Shown piece by piece: positions 10,608 to 19,877 of a stretch of DNA of 64,000 nucleotides. Under the pieces are notes generated by a model that was not told the origin of the DNA, searched no databases, and worked only from the letters and a program-made list of their open reading frames with translations. Made by a program: the position numbers and the translations under genes. This stretch comes from an uncultured Akkermansia sp. GTDB lineage: Bacteria; Verrucomicrobiota; Verrucomicrobiia; Verrucomicrobiales; Akkermansiaceae. Every line of letters begins with the position of its first letter. Within the stretch, counting starts at the first letter, position 1. The DNA lies in contig CANRKR010000002.1 of NCBI GenBank assembly GCA_947631275.1, positions 296 to 64,295 of the forward strand. Reading direction: 5' to 3'.

Positions 10608-10650
10608 GGCAGGCGGCGTGCTCTTTCAGGCGCGTCGCCTGTCGGTTTTA
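10608..10650 (+). terminator. intrinsic terminator candidate after rplN
   Basis: GGCAGGCGGCGUGC (10608-10621) pairs with GCGCGUCGCCUGUC (10630-10643). That is 14 bp including 3 G:U pairs, which are valid only in the + strand RNA. An 8-nt loop and a GGUUUUAAUU tail complete it. Confidence 0.5.
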
Positions 10651-11397
10651 ATTGGGGAGTCCGTTTTCCGGCAACTCGACAAGCTCTACCTGTGCGCCGG
10701 GGAAATTAAGCTCGGTGCAGGTCAGGATGCGGTCTGCCCGGCATGCAATGCTATGAGGAGCCGCCGCCCGCTGATTGATCAATGGGAGGACGACGAGTGT
10801 GCGCGGAGCTGCTTTTGCCGCCGCGTCGGCCCACTGGGCATGCAATTCGTGACGATAGGCAATTCGCCCGGTAGTTTCGGAGAAGGCGTCCGGGCAGAGC
10901 AGGGCGAGATCCGGTTTATTCTCATAGAAAAATTTTCCTGCTCGGCCCGGACCGGGGTCAATGATCCCTTCGCTTTTGAGCAGGCAGCCACCCGGCACCT
11001 CCACGGTTCCTTTCATCGCCGGAGCAGAGAGCGCCGTTATCATATCGAGCGCCGGCGTGAGCACACAGCACTCCCTCTGTTGCAAATGCTCTACGAGAGC
11101 AAATGTCAACGGACACGCATCCACATAAATCGTTTCTCGCTCCTTGATCCACGGCAGGACGCGCGCGATAAGTCGTACATCCGCCCGCCAGTGATCGTGG
11201 GGCTTACCCTGTGGCGGCAGGTAGACCGCTCCGCCATGCACGCGTTTCAAGAGTCCCTCTTTTTGCAGCAGGATGAGATCCGTGCGGATGGTTTCGTCTG
11301 TCACCCCCAGTTCTTCAGTAAGCGCAGCAGTACGCAAAACTCCACGTTCTGAGAGAAAACGGAGTATTCTGGCGCGGCGTTCATGAGGGACGTACAT
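10648..11397 (-). CDS. DeoR/GlpR-family transcriptional regulator
   Basis: 249 aa. The N-terminal HTH reads RRARILRFLSERGVLRTAALTEELGVTDETIRTDL. A DeoR-C-like sensor domain follows. Confidence 0.9.
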   Translation of the reverse strand: MYVPHERRARILRFLSERGVLRTAALTEELGVTDETIRTDLILLQKEGLLKRVHGGAVYLPPQGKPHDHWRADVRLIARVLPWIKERETIYVDACPLTFALVEHLQQRECCVLTPALDMITALSAPAMKGTVEVPGGCLLKSEGIIDPGPGRAGKFFYENKPDLALLCPDAFSETTGRIAYRHELHAQWADAAAKAAPRTLVVLPLINQRAAAPHSIACRADRILTCTELNFPGAQVELVELPENGLPN

Positions 11398-11442
11398 AGC
11401 GGATCTCTACTGTGTATGAGGTTGCCGATGAATTGTCGCCGT

Positions 11443-12579
11443 TTATGCTTTGTGAGATGCGATGAAAGTCTGCAACTCACTCTGCAAATAGGACAGGGTA
11501 TCAGAGTAAGCTCTGCGTACATCCTCGCTCCAATAAGAGGTCAAGCGTTGAAGTTTTTTGCAGCGTTTGAGAAGATCGCGGCTCCTCGTTTGCGCTACAT
11601 CCAATTCTTTTTCATCTTCAGCCAGCAGCAGCAGTGTAGCAAGCAGGTGCCCGGAAAGTGAGGAAGCGTCAGCATAGATGAGCTCTGATTTTTCGTCGAT
11701 CCAACCACTGCGCGCCAATTTAATGAGTTCTTTTTGTACAACCTCGAAGAAGTCGAATGATGCCTTGTAAAGTGAGTTTGACATGACCTTCAGGAAAAGT
11801 TCATTTTCCTGCGGCAGAAGGAAATCCGCAAAGCTGCATCGTCCGTTTTTTGGCAGTCGGATGGGTTCTTTCCGGGAGGAAACCTTTTTTTTCTTTCCTT
11901 TCGAGGGAGGAGGATTGTTCAATCTGATCAAATTAAGGACATAGGCTGCCCGAAGACGTCCGTACGGTGTGTCGGGATATTTATGCCACAGCGTTTGGGC
12001 AATCGTATTGTAGCCTTCGGCACGGTTGAGGATGCGATCCCATTTGCAGAAGGGAAAGTCTGCACCGGGAGATTGCATGGTCGGTCCGTCGAAATAATAG
12101 GCGTTGTATGCCACATGATTGCGTAGTGCCAGCAGATTGAGTATTTTCTGCTTTTCTTCTTCCCGCTCATCGAGTTCCCATGCGCGCGAGGATAGACCAC
12201 AGTCATACATTGAGCTTTCTATGAGGAAACGTATTTCTCTGTCGTAAAAAAATTCAATGACCAATTCATCCTGATTCGTTGCCGTATTTTCCCTGGACAA
12301 CACCGCCATGTCCCCCATGGTAAATTGTCGCTGTGCATTTTTCAACAGATCCACGACTTTCCGGTATATCCTGGCTCGAATCGGCTCAGGGTGCAGCTCC
12401 GGCTGTTCCTTTGCCCTAAATTTTGTCTTCCGTCCAGCGGCATCTCCGAGACAATTTCCCTCGAACTGCATTTGTACAGTCTCCCCCCCAACTCCCGTGT
12501 ACAACGTAAGCTTTGTGATACCTTGCTGCGTATTGTCAATAACGCCGCTACGGACAATGGCTTGGAGGTTAGTGAGCAT
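11443..12579 (-). CDS. hypothetical protein (no family recognised), AT-rich relative to flanks
   Basis: 378-aa ATG ORF, 12 nt after leuD and 45 nt before the DeoR gene. It has a KKKK-containing linker (PPPSKGKKKKVSSRK) and a helical C-terminal third. Confidence 0.75.
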   Translation of the reverse strand: MLTNLQAIVRSGVIDNTQQGITKLTLYTGVGGETVQMQFEGNCLGDAAGRKTKFRAKEQPELHPEPIRARIYRKVVDLLKNAQRQFTMGDMAVLSRENTATNQDELVIEFFYDREIRFLIESSMYDCGLSSRAWELDEREEEKQKILNLLALRNHVAYNAYYFDGPTMQSPGADFPFCKWDRILNRAEGYNTIAQTLWHKYPDTPYGRLRAAYVLNLIRLNNPPPSKGKKKKVSSRKEPIRLPKNGRCSFADFLLPQENELFLKVMSNSLYKASFDFFEVVQKELIKLARSGWIDEKSELIYADASSLSGHLLATLLLLAEDEKELDVAQTRSRDLLKRCKKLQRLTSYWSEDVRRAYSDTLSYLQSELQTFIASHKA

Positions 12580-12591
12580 AGTCGCGAGGAG

Positions 12592-13200
12592 TTAGCGCAC
12601 AGCATGCGGGCAGGGCAGAAGGCCTGCCTTTTCCTGCACGGCGTCCTTATGTTCCAACAGTTCAGCCACGCTATCCCAGCGCCCCTGCAAGAAGGCTTTG
12701 CGAGGCTCTTCCGGCATATGCAAAGGATAAATTTTTTCTCCATTGCTCAGCTGCATGGTCTCAAGATCCAGCGTCCACATCGTTTCCGGGCGCTGCGTGA
12801 TTTGCCGCCGGATTTCTGCGAGATCATTTGCAGAAGCACAGACGCAGGGCAGGCCGGTGCCCGAGCTGTTGCCGAAGAAAATTTCTGCGAAGGATTCGGC
12901 GATGATGGCGCGGATGCCGGAGCGGAGAATGGCTTGAGGCGCATGCTCGCGGGAAGATCCGCATCCAAAGTTTTCACCACCGATGATGATGGTAGCTCCA
13001 GCATACTGCGGAGCATCAATGGGATGTCCTTTTGAGACGCCATTTGCTTCGAAACGCTCGTCGTAAAACATCCTGCCGGCGAGTTCATCAAAGGTGATGC
13101 ACTTGAGAAAGCGCGCGGGGATGATACGATCGGTATCCATGTTTGCACCAGGGACGGGAACGATTTTTCCGCTGATTTTACGGATACATGTTAATGCCAT
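12592..13200 (-). CDS. leuD: 3-isopropylmalate dehydratase small subunit
   Basis: 202 aa, with DTDRIIPARFLK and GENFGCGSSREHA motifs. Confidence 0.93.
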   Translation of the reverse strand: MALTCIRKISGKIVPVPGANMDTDRIIPARFLKCITFDELAGRMFYDERFEANGVSKGHPIDAPQYAGATIIIGGENFGCGSSREHAPQAILRSGIRAIIAESFAEIFFGNSSGTGLPCVCASANDLAEIRRQITQRPETMWTLDLETMQLSNGEKIYPLHMPEEPRKAFLQGRWDSVAELLEHKDAVQEKAGLLPCPHAVR

Positions 13201-13213
13201 GCTTCGTCAGGGG

Positions 13214-14626
13214 TTAAAGGTTGTTAAAGATTTCGCGCGGGTCGCTGACTTTGCCGGAAACCGCCGCTGCTGCTGCCATTGCGGGACTCATCAGCAGTGT
13301 TCGTCCGATTGGGCTTCCTTGTCGTCCCTTGAAGTTACGATTGCTGGTACTGGCGCATAGTTGAGTTCCCTCCAGTCTGTCCGGGTTCATCGCAAGACAC
13401 ATGGAGCATCCGGGCAGGCGCCACTCGAAGCCCGCCTCGCGGAATATCCCGGCGATGCCTTCTTCTTCACATTGTCTCGCGGTTTCCTGCGAACCCGGAA
13501 CAGCCAGCGCTCTGATGCCCGGCACGACATGTCGTCCCTTCAGCAATGGAGCCACAGAACGAAAGTCACTGATGCGCCCATTTGTGCAAGAGCCGATAAA
13601 CACCACGTCAATCGACTTTCCTTTGAGCGACTCACCGGGTTGCAACTGCATGTATTCCAGCGCCGCTCGCATGGCGGCACGCTTCTGTGCGTCCAACTCT
13701 TCATCAGGGTTCGGAACAACTTCACTGATGCCGATGCTCATATCCGGCGAGATACCCCAGGTGACAGTAGGTTCGATGTCGGCAGCATCGAAACTTATCT
13801 CGTCATCATACGCCGCATCTTCATCGCTGGAAAAGCTGCTCCAACGCCGCACGGCGGCGTCCCATTCCGCTCCGGTTGGGGCGAAAGGACGTCCGCAGAG
13901 GTATTCGAAAGTGGTGGCATCAGGGTTCACGTAGCCGCAGCGAGCGCCGCCTTCAATAGCCATATTGCAGAGGGTCAGGCGACCATCCATCCCCATGCTG
14001 CAAATGGCACTGCCTGCGAATTCGTACGCATAGCCAAGACCTCCCTGCGCACCGAGCCTGCCGATGATGTGCAACGCCACGTCTTTCGCACTCACTCCGC
14101 GCCCCAGATGTCCCTCCACTCGCACACGCCGCACCTTCAGCGGACTCATTGCAAGAGATTGCGTAGCCAGCACATCGCGTACCTGTGTGGATCCGATACC
14201 CATTGCGACGGCGCCCATTGCACCATGTGTGGCGGTGTGAGAATCACCGCAGGCGATGGTCATACCGGGTTGAGAAATGCCCAACTCTGGCCCAACCATG
14301 TGTACGATACCCTGCTGCCCGCCAGGCAGGTCGAAAAACCGGATGCCGAACTGTTTGCAGTTATTTCTCAGGGCATCCAGCATGGCCTGTGCCCGCGCGT
14401 CCGCGAAGGGTTCGTCCTGGTTGTCCGTAGGGATGATATGATCTACCGTTGCAAAAGTCCTTTCCGGATGCAGTACTGGCAGCCCCAACTCTCGCAGCAT
14501 GGCGAAAGCTTGAGGTGAGGTCACCTCGTGCACATAATGCGTGGCAATGAATAACTGCGTGCGCCCATCTGGCAAATTTCTTACCGTGTGAGCGTCCCAT
14601 ACCTTTTGATAAAGAGTTCTTCTCAT
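13214..14626 (-). CDS. leuC: 3-isopropylmalate dehydratase large subunit
   Basis: 470 aa of the aconitase family, with [21 protein letters not shown] and [10 protein letters not shown] (Fe-S ligand contexts). Confidence 0.96.
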   Translation of the reverse strand: MRRTLYQKVWDAHTVRNLPDGRTQLFIATHYVHEVTSPQAFAMLRELGLPVLHPERTFATVDHIIPTDNQDEPFADARAQAMLDALRNNCKQFGIRFFDLPGGQQGIVHMVGPELGISQPGMTIACGDSHTATHGAMGAVAMGIGSTQVRDVLATQSLAMSPLKVRRVRVEGHLGRGVSAKDVALHIIGRLGAQGGLGYAYEFAGSAICSMGMDGRLTLCNMAIEGGARCGYVNPDATTFEYLCGRPFAPTGAEWDAAVRRWSSFSSDEDAAYDDEISFDAADIEPTVTWGISPDMSIGISEVVPNPDEELDAQKRAAMRAALEYMQLQPGESLKGKSIDVVFIGSCTNGRISDFRSVAPLLKGRHVVPGIRALAVPGSQETARQCEEEGIAGIFREAGFEWRLPGCSMCLAMNPDRLEGTQLCASTSNRNFKGRQGSPIGRTLLMSPAMAAAAAVSGKVSDPREIFNNL

Positions 14627-14794
14627 ATCAGTTCGATCCGTTTGTCAATCCATCGCGTTCACGCTTCTCCCGTCAAGCGAAGCAGTAGTACGCTCTCTTG
14701 GTGCGACATACTGTCTCGGACATCGTATGGACCGCGGTGTGGGCGGAAGATGACAGGTTCATATGCCTCGGGGTCAACTTAAATTCAAGATTGA

Positions 14795-14832
14795 CTCGAA
14801 AATCAAGCCCGGCTAGTTTTCGCTAGTCGGGC
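14795..14832 (-). terminator. intrinsic terminator candidate downstream of tRNA-Gly
   Basis: Minus-strand RNA reads GCCCGACUAG-CGAAAA-CUAGCCGGGC, a 10-bp stem with one A.C mismatch. The tail is UUGAUUUUCGAG. Confidence 0.4.
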
Positions 14833-14838
14833 CGGACG

Positions 14839-14910
14839 AGCGGATGATGGGACTCGAACCCACGACATCAACCTTGGCAAGGTTGCGCTCTACCACTGAG
14901 CTACATCCGC
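14839..14910 (-). tRNA. tRNA-Gly (anticodon GCC)
   Basis: The reverse complement GCGGATGTAGCTCAGTGGTAGAGCGCAACCTTGCCAAGGTTGATGTCGTGGGTTCGAGTCCCATCATCCGCT folds by hand into a 72-nt cloverleaf. The anticodon loop is TTGCCAA. CCA is not encoded. Confidence 0.95.
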
Positions 14911-14961
14911 ACAAGAAACCGCTCGTTCCGGACAGGAATGAGCAAGAGTCCATGCGGGGGC

Positions 14962-14990
14962 ATTATACGGACGCGGAGGTATGGAGGCAA
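14962..14990 (-). promoter_or_regulatory. sigma70-type promoter for tRNA-Gly (TTGCCT-17-TATAAT, GC-rich discriminator)
   Basis: The minus strand reads TTGCCT (14990-14985), a 17-nt spacer, TATAAT (14967-14962), then GCCCCCG. An A-tract lies upstream. Confidence 0.65.
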
Positions 14991-15179
14991 GACTTTTTTT
15001 TGATTTTCTCAGAATGTGGAAGCAGAAATGACCTTATTAGATAGGATAAACTGCATAAAATCAATAAATTGAAGAAAACGCGAAACATATATCACGCAGG
15101 AGAAGAGATATAGAAGTCCCAACGAAAGAGATAAAGATAGTTTGTATGACGCCGCGAAGAAAGAATCTTACAGGACGAT

Positions 15180-18100
15180 ATGGCTCAGGAGAGGGCACAG
15201 AGAATGCCGCAAATCGCGCGAATGTGGCTCAGAGCAATGGGGATGGTTGCACTCGCGTTGGGAATGTCGTGTATGGGTGAGGAGAAGGTGGTGGATGAGT
15301 CGTGGCTGGTGTGGGTAGAGGGAATGACGTTGAATGAGAAGGGAGAAGTTTTCCAGAATGGAGACGATGTGTGTTTCACAGGGGAAAGTTGTGTGGCGGT
15401 GATGGATGATATTGAATGCGGACTGGTGCGAATAGCGGAGGGGGCAGAAGTGACGTTGATACCGTATGCCGGGGATGTTGTATTGAAGGAGTTAAGGTTG
15501 GAGGGGACGTTGATTATGACAGCGCCGTGGATGGGATATCACTGGAGGATAACGACGGGAGAGCTTGGGTTGCTCGTGTTGGATTTCGGGACATTCGATT
15601 TAGATCTGGAGCCTTCTCTGCCAGGTCCGTACGCCGGAGCGTTGGAATTGCGCAGTGGGCGTGTTTACTACCGAGGGAGTCGCGTGACGGGAGCATCCAA
15701 TTTCTCCCAGTTGCGAGTGAAGGAGGAAGGGCAGTTTTATTTGTGCGCCGGCTCAGAGTACGAGGGAGATGTGTACGCGATGGGCCGCGGATGGATGTCG
15801 GAACAAGAGGCGGGCGGAAAGGGTGCGCTGCGGTTTGAAGGGACTGGAGAGAACGCTGCAGTGATGCGCGGGAAACTGACGTTGGAAAGTAACTTGAGTG
15901 TGCAGGTGTACGGGGAGGAAGAGGAAGGGAGAGTGGAAAGTGAACTTGATGCAGCGGGTTACGCGTTGGAGAAATGGGGGAAGGGGACGCTGTGGGTGAC
16001 AGGGGGGAAGTGGAGCGGGCTGCGCGATCTGGTGGTGCAGGAAGGGGTGCTGGTGCTGGAGGGAGACGCGGATGCGGGGGCGACATACCAGGGAAGTGGG
16101 GAACTTCGTGTATCCGGTGGTGGTGTGTTGGAGTTGCGGGGAAGGATACGCGGACTCAGCCGGCTTCAGATGGTAGGGGAAGCACAGCTGCATGTGCAGA
16201 GCGGCGAGCTGCAGGCAGAAGTGCTCTGCGGATCCGGTAAAGTGACCGCGACGGAGGGGCAAATCACATTCGACCGGTTATGCGACTTCTGCGGCGAAAT
16301 TGATGCGCGATCAGTGAGTTTCCACAGTGCGGTGCAGGGGGAAGGATACAACGCCTCCGTGCACGGACAAGTTGTGACCGACTCTTTCGTCAAAAAGGGT
16401 GAAGGTGTACTTCGCCTGGATTCTCTGCGGGTGAACGGTGAGCTTTGGATGAGGTACAGCGGCACGCTGGAGCTCGGAGAGCTGGTGTTAGAGGATGGGA
16501 CGTTACTGCGCTATGGGGAGGGAGACTCCTTTGTGAGGGTTCGTGATGAGTTGCTTTCCGATGGGCAGCTGGCTACATCCGGGGTGCGATTGATGGTGGA
16601 TAGTCGAGAATTTGGCGAGTGGCAACTGCAGCGCGGTGTGGGGCTCGGGGTGGGGGCGGCATTGGCAAAAAATTTCATTGTAAAAGGATTAGGAGATTAT
16701 CGATTGGTGAATCATGACGGTGAACTATGGCTTTATGCAGAACCAACGGCATACACGGCGGATTGGGATTCCAACTGGGGAGAACGGACATTGCAGCATC
16801 AACCGGGAAGTCAACTACCGGAGATTTTACTGGCAGAAGGGGAGGAGTTGGCCATGCAGGAGACTTCCCTGCCGTGCCATGGCGAAGACGGCGCCAGCGT
16901 GTGTGCACGCTTTCGCGGCATAGTGGATGAGGAAGGAGCTGCGGTGCATGGCGGGTATGTATCCGGGGAAAAGGAAGAACCTTGTGAATCCGATTCGTGG
17001 ATTGATGCGGCACAAGGACATTTTTCCCGTCTGGTGGGAGGAAACGCTTGCAGCGGGGAGTACCGTGGGCAAACGCATTTGCTCCTGCGCGACGGAGATG
17101 TTCGCCGCATGGTGGGAGGAAATGATTCAGCGGTGGGATGTGCCCGATTTACGGGAGAAAGTTTTTTATCTGTCTATGATGGAGCACAGGTGGGGGACGT
17201 GCTCTGCGGCGGATCGGCCTGCACAAGCGGTGATTCCTCCTTTGTGGGACAAACGCACTGCTTTGTTTATACTCTGCTCGGGGAGAATACCACCGTTTCC
17301 GGCGCCAATTTTTATGAGCGCTGCGGCGGTGGAAGCTTTGAGGGAAAATCCCTTGTTACGCTGGAACTCCAAGGGCAAAGTGGTGAATTTGCAGCAGATG
17401 TTGTGGGAGGAAACTACGACGCTGCTGCCGGTGCGGAGGCAAAACTGAGTGGGGAGACACAGATCATTGTACACGCAGATGCTGGCGTGCATTTCAACGG
17501 GATGCTCATCGGCGGTTCTTGTTCTGTGCAGCAGCAGGACATCGTGGCGAGCGGACGAACGATCGTGCAGGTTGACGGAGGAATTTTCGAGAGTAAGACG
17601 GTAGGCGGCAGTGTGACGCTCGGTGGAGCTTCCATCGGGGGCGATGCTGATGCTATTCTCCTGCTGCAAGGAGGAACGTACCACGAGCTGGTCATCGGCG
17701 GTTGCTACTCGGAGGGCCAGGAAAGTACAGAGATCCAGCTTGGGGATGTGCTGGTTGAACTCGATGAAGGTGTGGCGCTGCAAAATCTCGTGGGCGGTTC
17801 ACTGTTGCGGGGAGGCGGAGAGGTGCATCAAGGGAATATCTCACTTTTGCTGCGAGGCGGAGAGATTGCGGGAGATGTGTATGCGAGTGGCTCAGGCAGC
17901 GCTTCTTTTTCAACACAGGACGTGATGGTATCGGTGAGCAGCAGCATGCGCTTCAGCAAGGAGAAGGCGATTCTTAGCGGCGGTGTGAGACTCGAAGAAA
18001 CGAAAACATATTACGATGAAGCATTTACGTATCATCACGGAGAAAGACGTCTCGTGTTTGCTGAGAATGTAGAATACGAAAATATGAAAAACGTAATGGT

Positions 18101-19877
18101 ACAGGATTTTGACGTGATAGAGCTTGCCCCGGGATCCTGTGCAGATCTCGGGGGATTGTTGACGGATTCTGTGCTTCTGCGTGGAGGCGGTGAACTCACG
18201 TTGCACGCGGACGGTGACAGCGTGCATGTGGATGAGTTGGTGGTGGAGGACGACACTCGGTTGCATATCGACATCCCGGTAACGAATGAAGGGCGCATAG
18301 ATGCCCAGCTGTGGGTGAGCGAGGGTGGTTTGCTAAGCGTGGATCTTGCCCACGGAGAGAAAACGAAAAACGCGCAACTGAATACGAGGGGAATCACGTT
18401 GCGACACGGTGGTACACTGAAGATGGAACTCTATTTGACGCGAACGATGATGAGCGGAGGAGGAGAGAAAGTCGAAAGTGTCCTGGGAGATGGGCAACTC
18501 ATCGTGGAGGATGGAGGGGTGCTTTCTCTGCATCTTGCCGGAGTAGAGGATGAACTACCTCTCACAGGCGGGCACGCGGTTGAATTTGTGCTGGCGGAAC
18601 ACGCGCAGGATGTCCCGGAGCTCGATGCATTTACACGGGGGTGGCTGGCAGAATATTTCGGTGACACGGCGAGAGTGGAGATCGTGGGCGAGCAGTTGCT
18701 GCTCAGAGGGGAGACCGTCTCAGAGCAGACGGCGCACTTTTACCGTGATTCTACGTGTACACCGAATGGGCGCGCCGGGGCGGAGCTGCTGGATAGTTTG
18801 ATGGCTGTTGTGGACCCACAAAATACAGCGCCGGGAAGTGAGCGCGCCGAGCTGCTTCATACGCAGGAACAACTCGTCAGCTCGGGAGAGATAAAAGAGT
18901 CAGACAAGTTGTCTGCCGCAGCAGCAGGGGCGTCACTTGCTGCTCTGCAGCCGGCATTTACAACAGAGCTACGCCGGGCTTTGCAGAGTGTTGCAGATAT
19001 GGCGCTACGTGACGATGGAGCCGGGGAGTGTAATAAAACTACAGCCTGGATTGTGCAGGGAACCGGGAGTACGCAGCGGTTGACAGAGCACAACAACAAC
19101 TCCGGTTATTCAATGACCTCGTGGGGAGGCACCCTGGCAATACAGCGGAATCTTGTTAATGGCATGCAACTGGGAGTGCAGCTCAGCGCAATAAGAGGAA
19201 GATGGCAAGCTCTGGCCGTAGACACAGCGCGAGCGGATTGCGAGGCATACAGTTTCATCACATATTACCGCATACATCGTGGACGATTACGTCATGCCTT
19301 TTTGGGACAGGGAGCAATGACACGTGCCCACGTGGATCGCAATCTCTTTTTTGACGGGAATTCTTACACAACAACGGGGAGAACAACAGGCGGCGGCTTC
19401 TCCGCGCTTTATACGCTGGCTTATGACTCCAATCGTCCGGAGTCAGCTGTGCAAATTCGGCCGCTTATGCAGGTTGCGTGGACATGCGGTTTTTTGGAGG
19501 GGTACCATGAACGCGGAAGTGACGCTGCACTGACGGTGGGTCGACAGAGTCAACAGATTTTCTCCGCGGGTTTGGGAGTAGAGCTTGCCGGGGTGAACGC
19601 ACAAATATTATCGCGTAGCTGTGAGTGGGAGGTGAAATTCCTCGTTGAGGCAGAAGAAGGGGAACTTGCTGGTGAAGTACGTACTGCGATGCAAAAAGGA
19701 GGGCATTGTTGCGCCACCATGCGCAGTCGTCGCCCCGGATACATTGCAGCGGAACTTGCGGCAGCTTTTGCCGTGCCACTGAGCAAATGCACGACCGTGA
19801 TGCTTCAGGCAGCGGCGGAGCTACGTGAGCACAGCAGCGGAGCGTCAGCGTCGCTTGGTTATCGTGTACGTTTTTGA
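15180..19877 (+). CDS. autotransporter-type outer-membrane protein with a long beta-repeat passenger domain
   Basis: 1565 aa with an N-terminal signal-like segment (MVALALGMSC). Repeats resemble the autotransporter-associated beta-strand (PATR) type, e.g. KWGKGTLWVTGGKWSGLRDLVVQEGVLVLEG. The C-terminal ~280 aa has alternating beta-barrel character and ends ...ASLGYRVRF (terminal Phe). Confidence 0.85.
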   Translation: MAQERAQRMPQIARMWLRAMGMVALALGMSCMGEEKVVDESWLVWVEGMTLNEKGEVFQNGDDVCFTGESCVAVMDDIECGLVRIAEGAEVTLIPYAGDVVLKELRLEGTLIMTAPWMGYHWRITTGELGLLVLDFGTFDLDLEPSLPGPYAGALELRSGRVYYRGSRVTGASNFSQLRVKEEGQFYLCAGSEYEGDVYAMGRGWMSEQEAGGKGALRFEGTGENAAVMRGKLTLESNLSVQVYGEEEEGRVESELDAAGYALEKWGKGTLWVTGGKWSGLRDLVVQEGVLVLEGDADAGATYQGSGELRVSGGGVLELRGRIRGLSRLQMVGEAQLHVQSGELQAEVLCGSGKVTATEGQITFDRLCDFCGEIDARSVSFHSAVQGEGYNASVHGQVVTDSFVKKGEGVLRLDSLRVNGELWMRYSGTLELGELVLEDGTLLRYGEGDSFVRVRDELLSDGQLATSGVRLMVDSREFGEWQLQRGVGLGVGAALAKNFIVKGLGDYRLVNHDGELWLYAEPTAYTADWDSNWGERTLQHQPGSQLPEILLAEGEELAMQETSLPCHGEDGASVCARFRGIVDEEGAAVHGGYVSGEKEEPCESDSWIDAAQGHFSRLVGGNACSGEYRGQTHLLLRDGDVRRMVGGNDSAVGCARFTGESFLSVYDGAQVGDVLCGGSACTSGDSSFVGQTHCFVYTLLGENTTVSGANFYERCGGGSFEGKSLVTLELQGQSGEFAADVVGGNYDAAAGAEAKLSGETQIIVHADAGVHFNGMLIGGSCSVQQQDIVASGRTIVQVDGGIFESKTVGGSVTLGGASIGGDADAILLLQGGTYHELVIGGCYSEGQESTEIQLGDVLVELDEGVALQNLVGGSLLRGGGEVHQGNISLLLRGGEIAGDVYASGSGSASFSTQDVMVSVSSSMRFSKEKAILSGGVRLEETKTYYDEAFTYHHGERRLVFAENVEYENMKNVMVQDFDVIELAPGSCADLGGLLTDSVLLRGGGELTLHADGDSVHVDELVVEDDTRLHIDIPVTNEGRIDAQLWVSEGGLLSVDLAHGEKTKNAQLNTRGITLRHGGTLKMELYLTRTMMSGGGEKVESVLGDGQLIVEDGGVLSLHLAGVEDELPLTGGHAVEFVLAEHAQDVPELDAFTRGWLAEYFGDTARVEIVGEQLLLRGETVSEQTAHFYRDSTCTPNGRAGAELLDSLMAVVDPQNTAPGSERAELLHTQEQLVSSGEIKESDKLSAAAAGASLAALQPAFTTELRRALQSVADMALRDDGAGECNKTTAWIVQGTGSTQRLTEHNNNSGYSMTSWGGTLAIQRNLVNGMQLGVQLSAIRGRWQALAVDTARADCEAYSFITYYRIHRGRLRHAFLGQGAMTRAHVDRNLFFDGNSYTTTGRTTGGGFSALYTLAYDSNRPESAVQIRPLMQVAWTCGFLEGYHERGSDAALTVGRQSQQIFSAGLGVELAGVNAQILSRSCEWEVKFLVEAEEGELAGEVRTAMQKGGHCCATMRSRRPGYIAAELAAAFAVPLSKCTTVMLQAAAELREHSSGASASLGYRVRF

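Noticed and set aside
10573-11352. 259-aa ORF on the plus strand following rplN
   Set aside because: It is antisense to the DeoR regulator, whose HTH is clear. It would also have to read through the rplN terminator hairpin.
13361-14518. 385-aa ORF on the plus strand
   Set aside because: It is antisense to leuC, which has aconitase-family Fe-S motifs on the minus strand.
14627-14794. Possible leucine leader peptide, attenuator or T-box upstream of leuC
   Set aside because: The only small minus-strand ORF there (MNLSSSAHTAVHTMSETVCRTKRAYYCFA) is not Leu-rich. I could not find alternative terminator/antiterminator hairpins or a T-box specifier arrangement.
15416-16262. Several 88-190-aa ORFs in other frames within the autotransporter gene
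   Set aside because: They are nested in the 1565-aa ORF. They are P/R/S-rich shadow frames produced by the G-rich repeat coding sequence.
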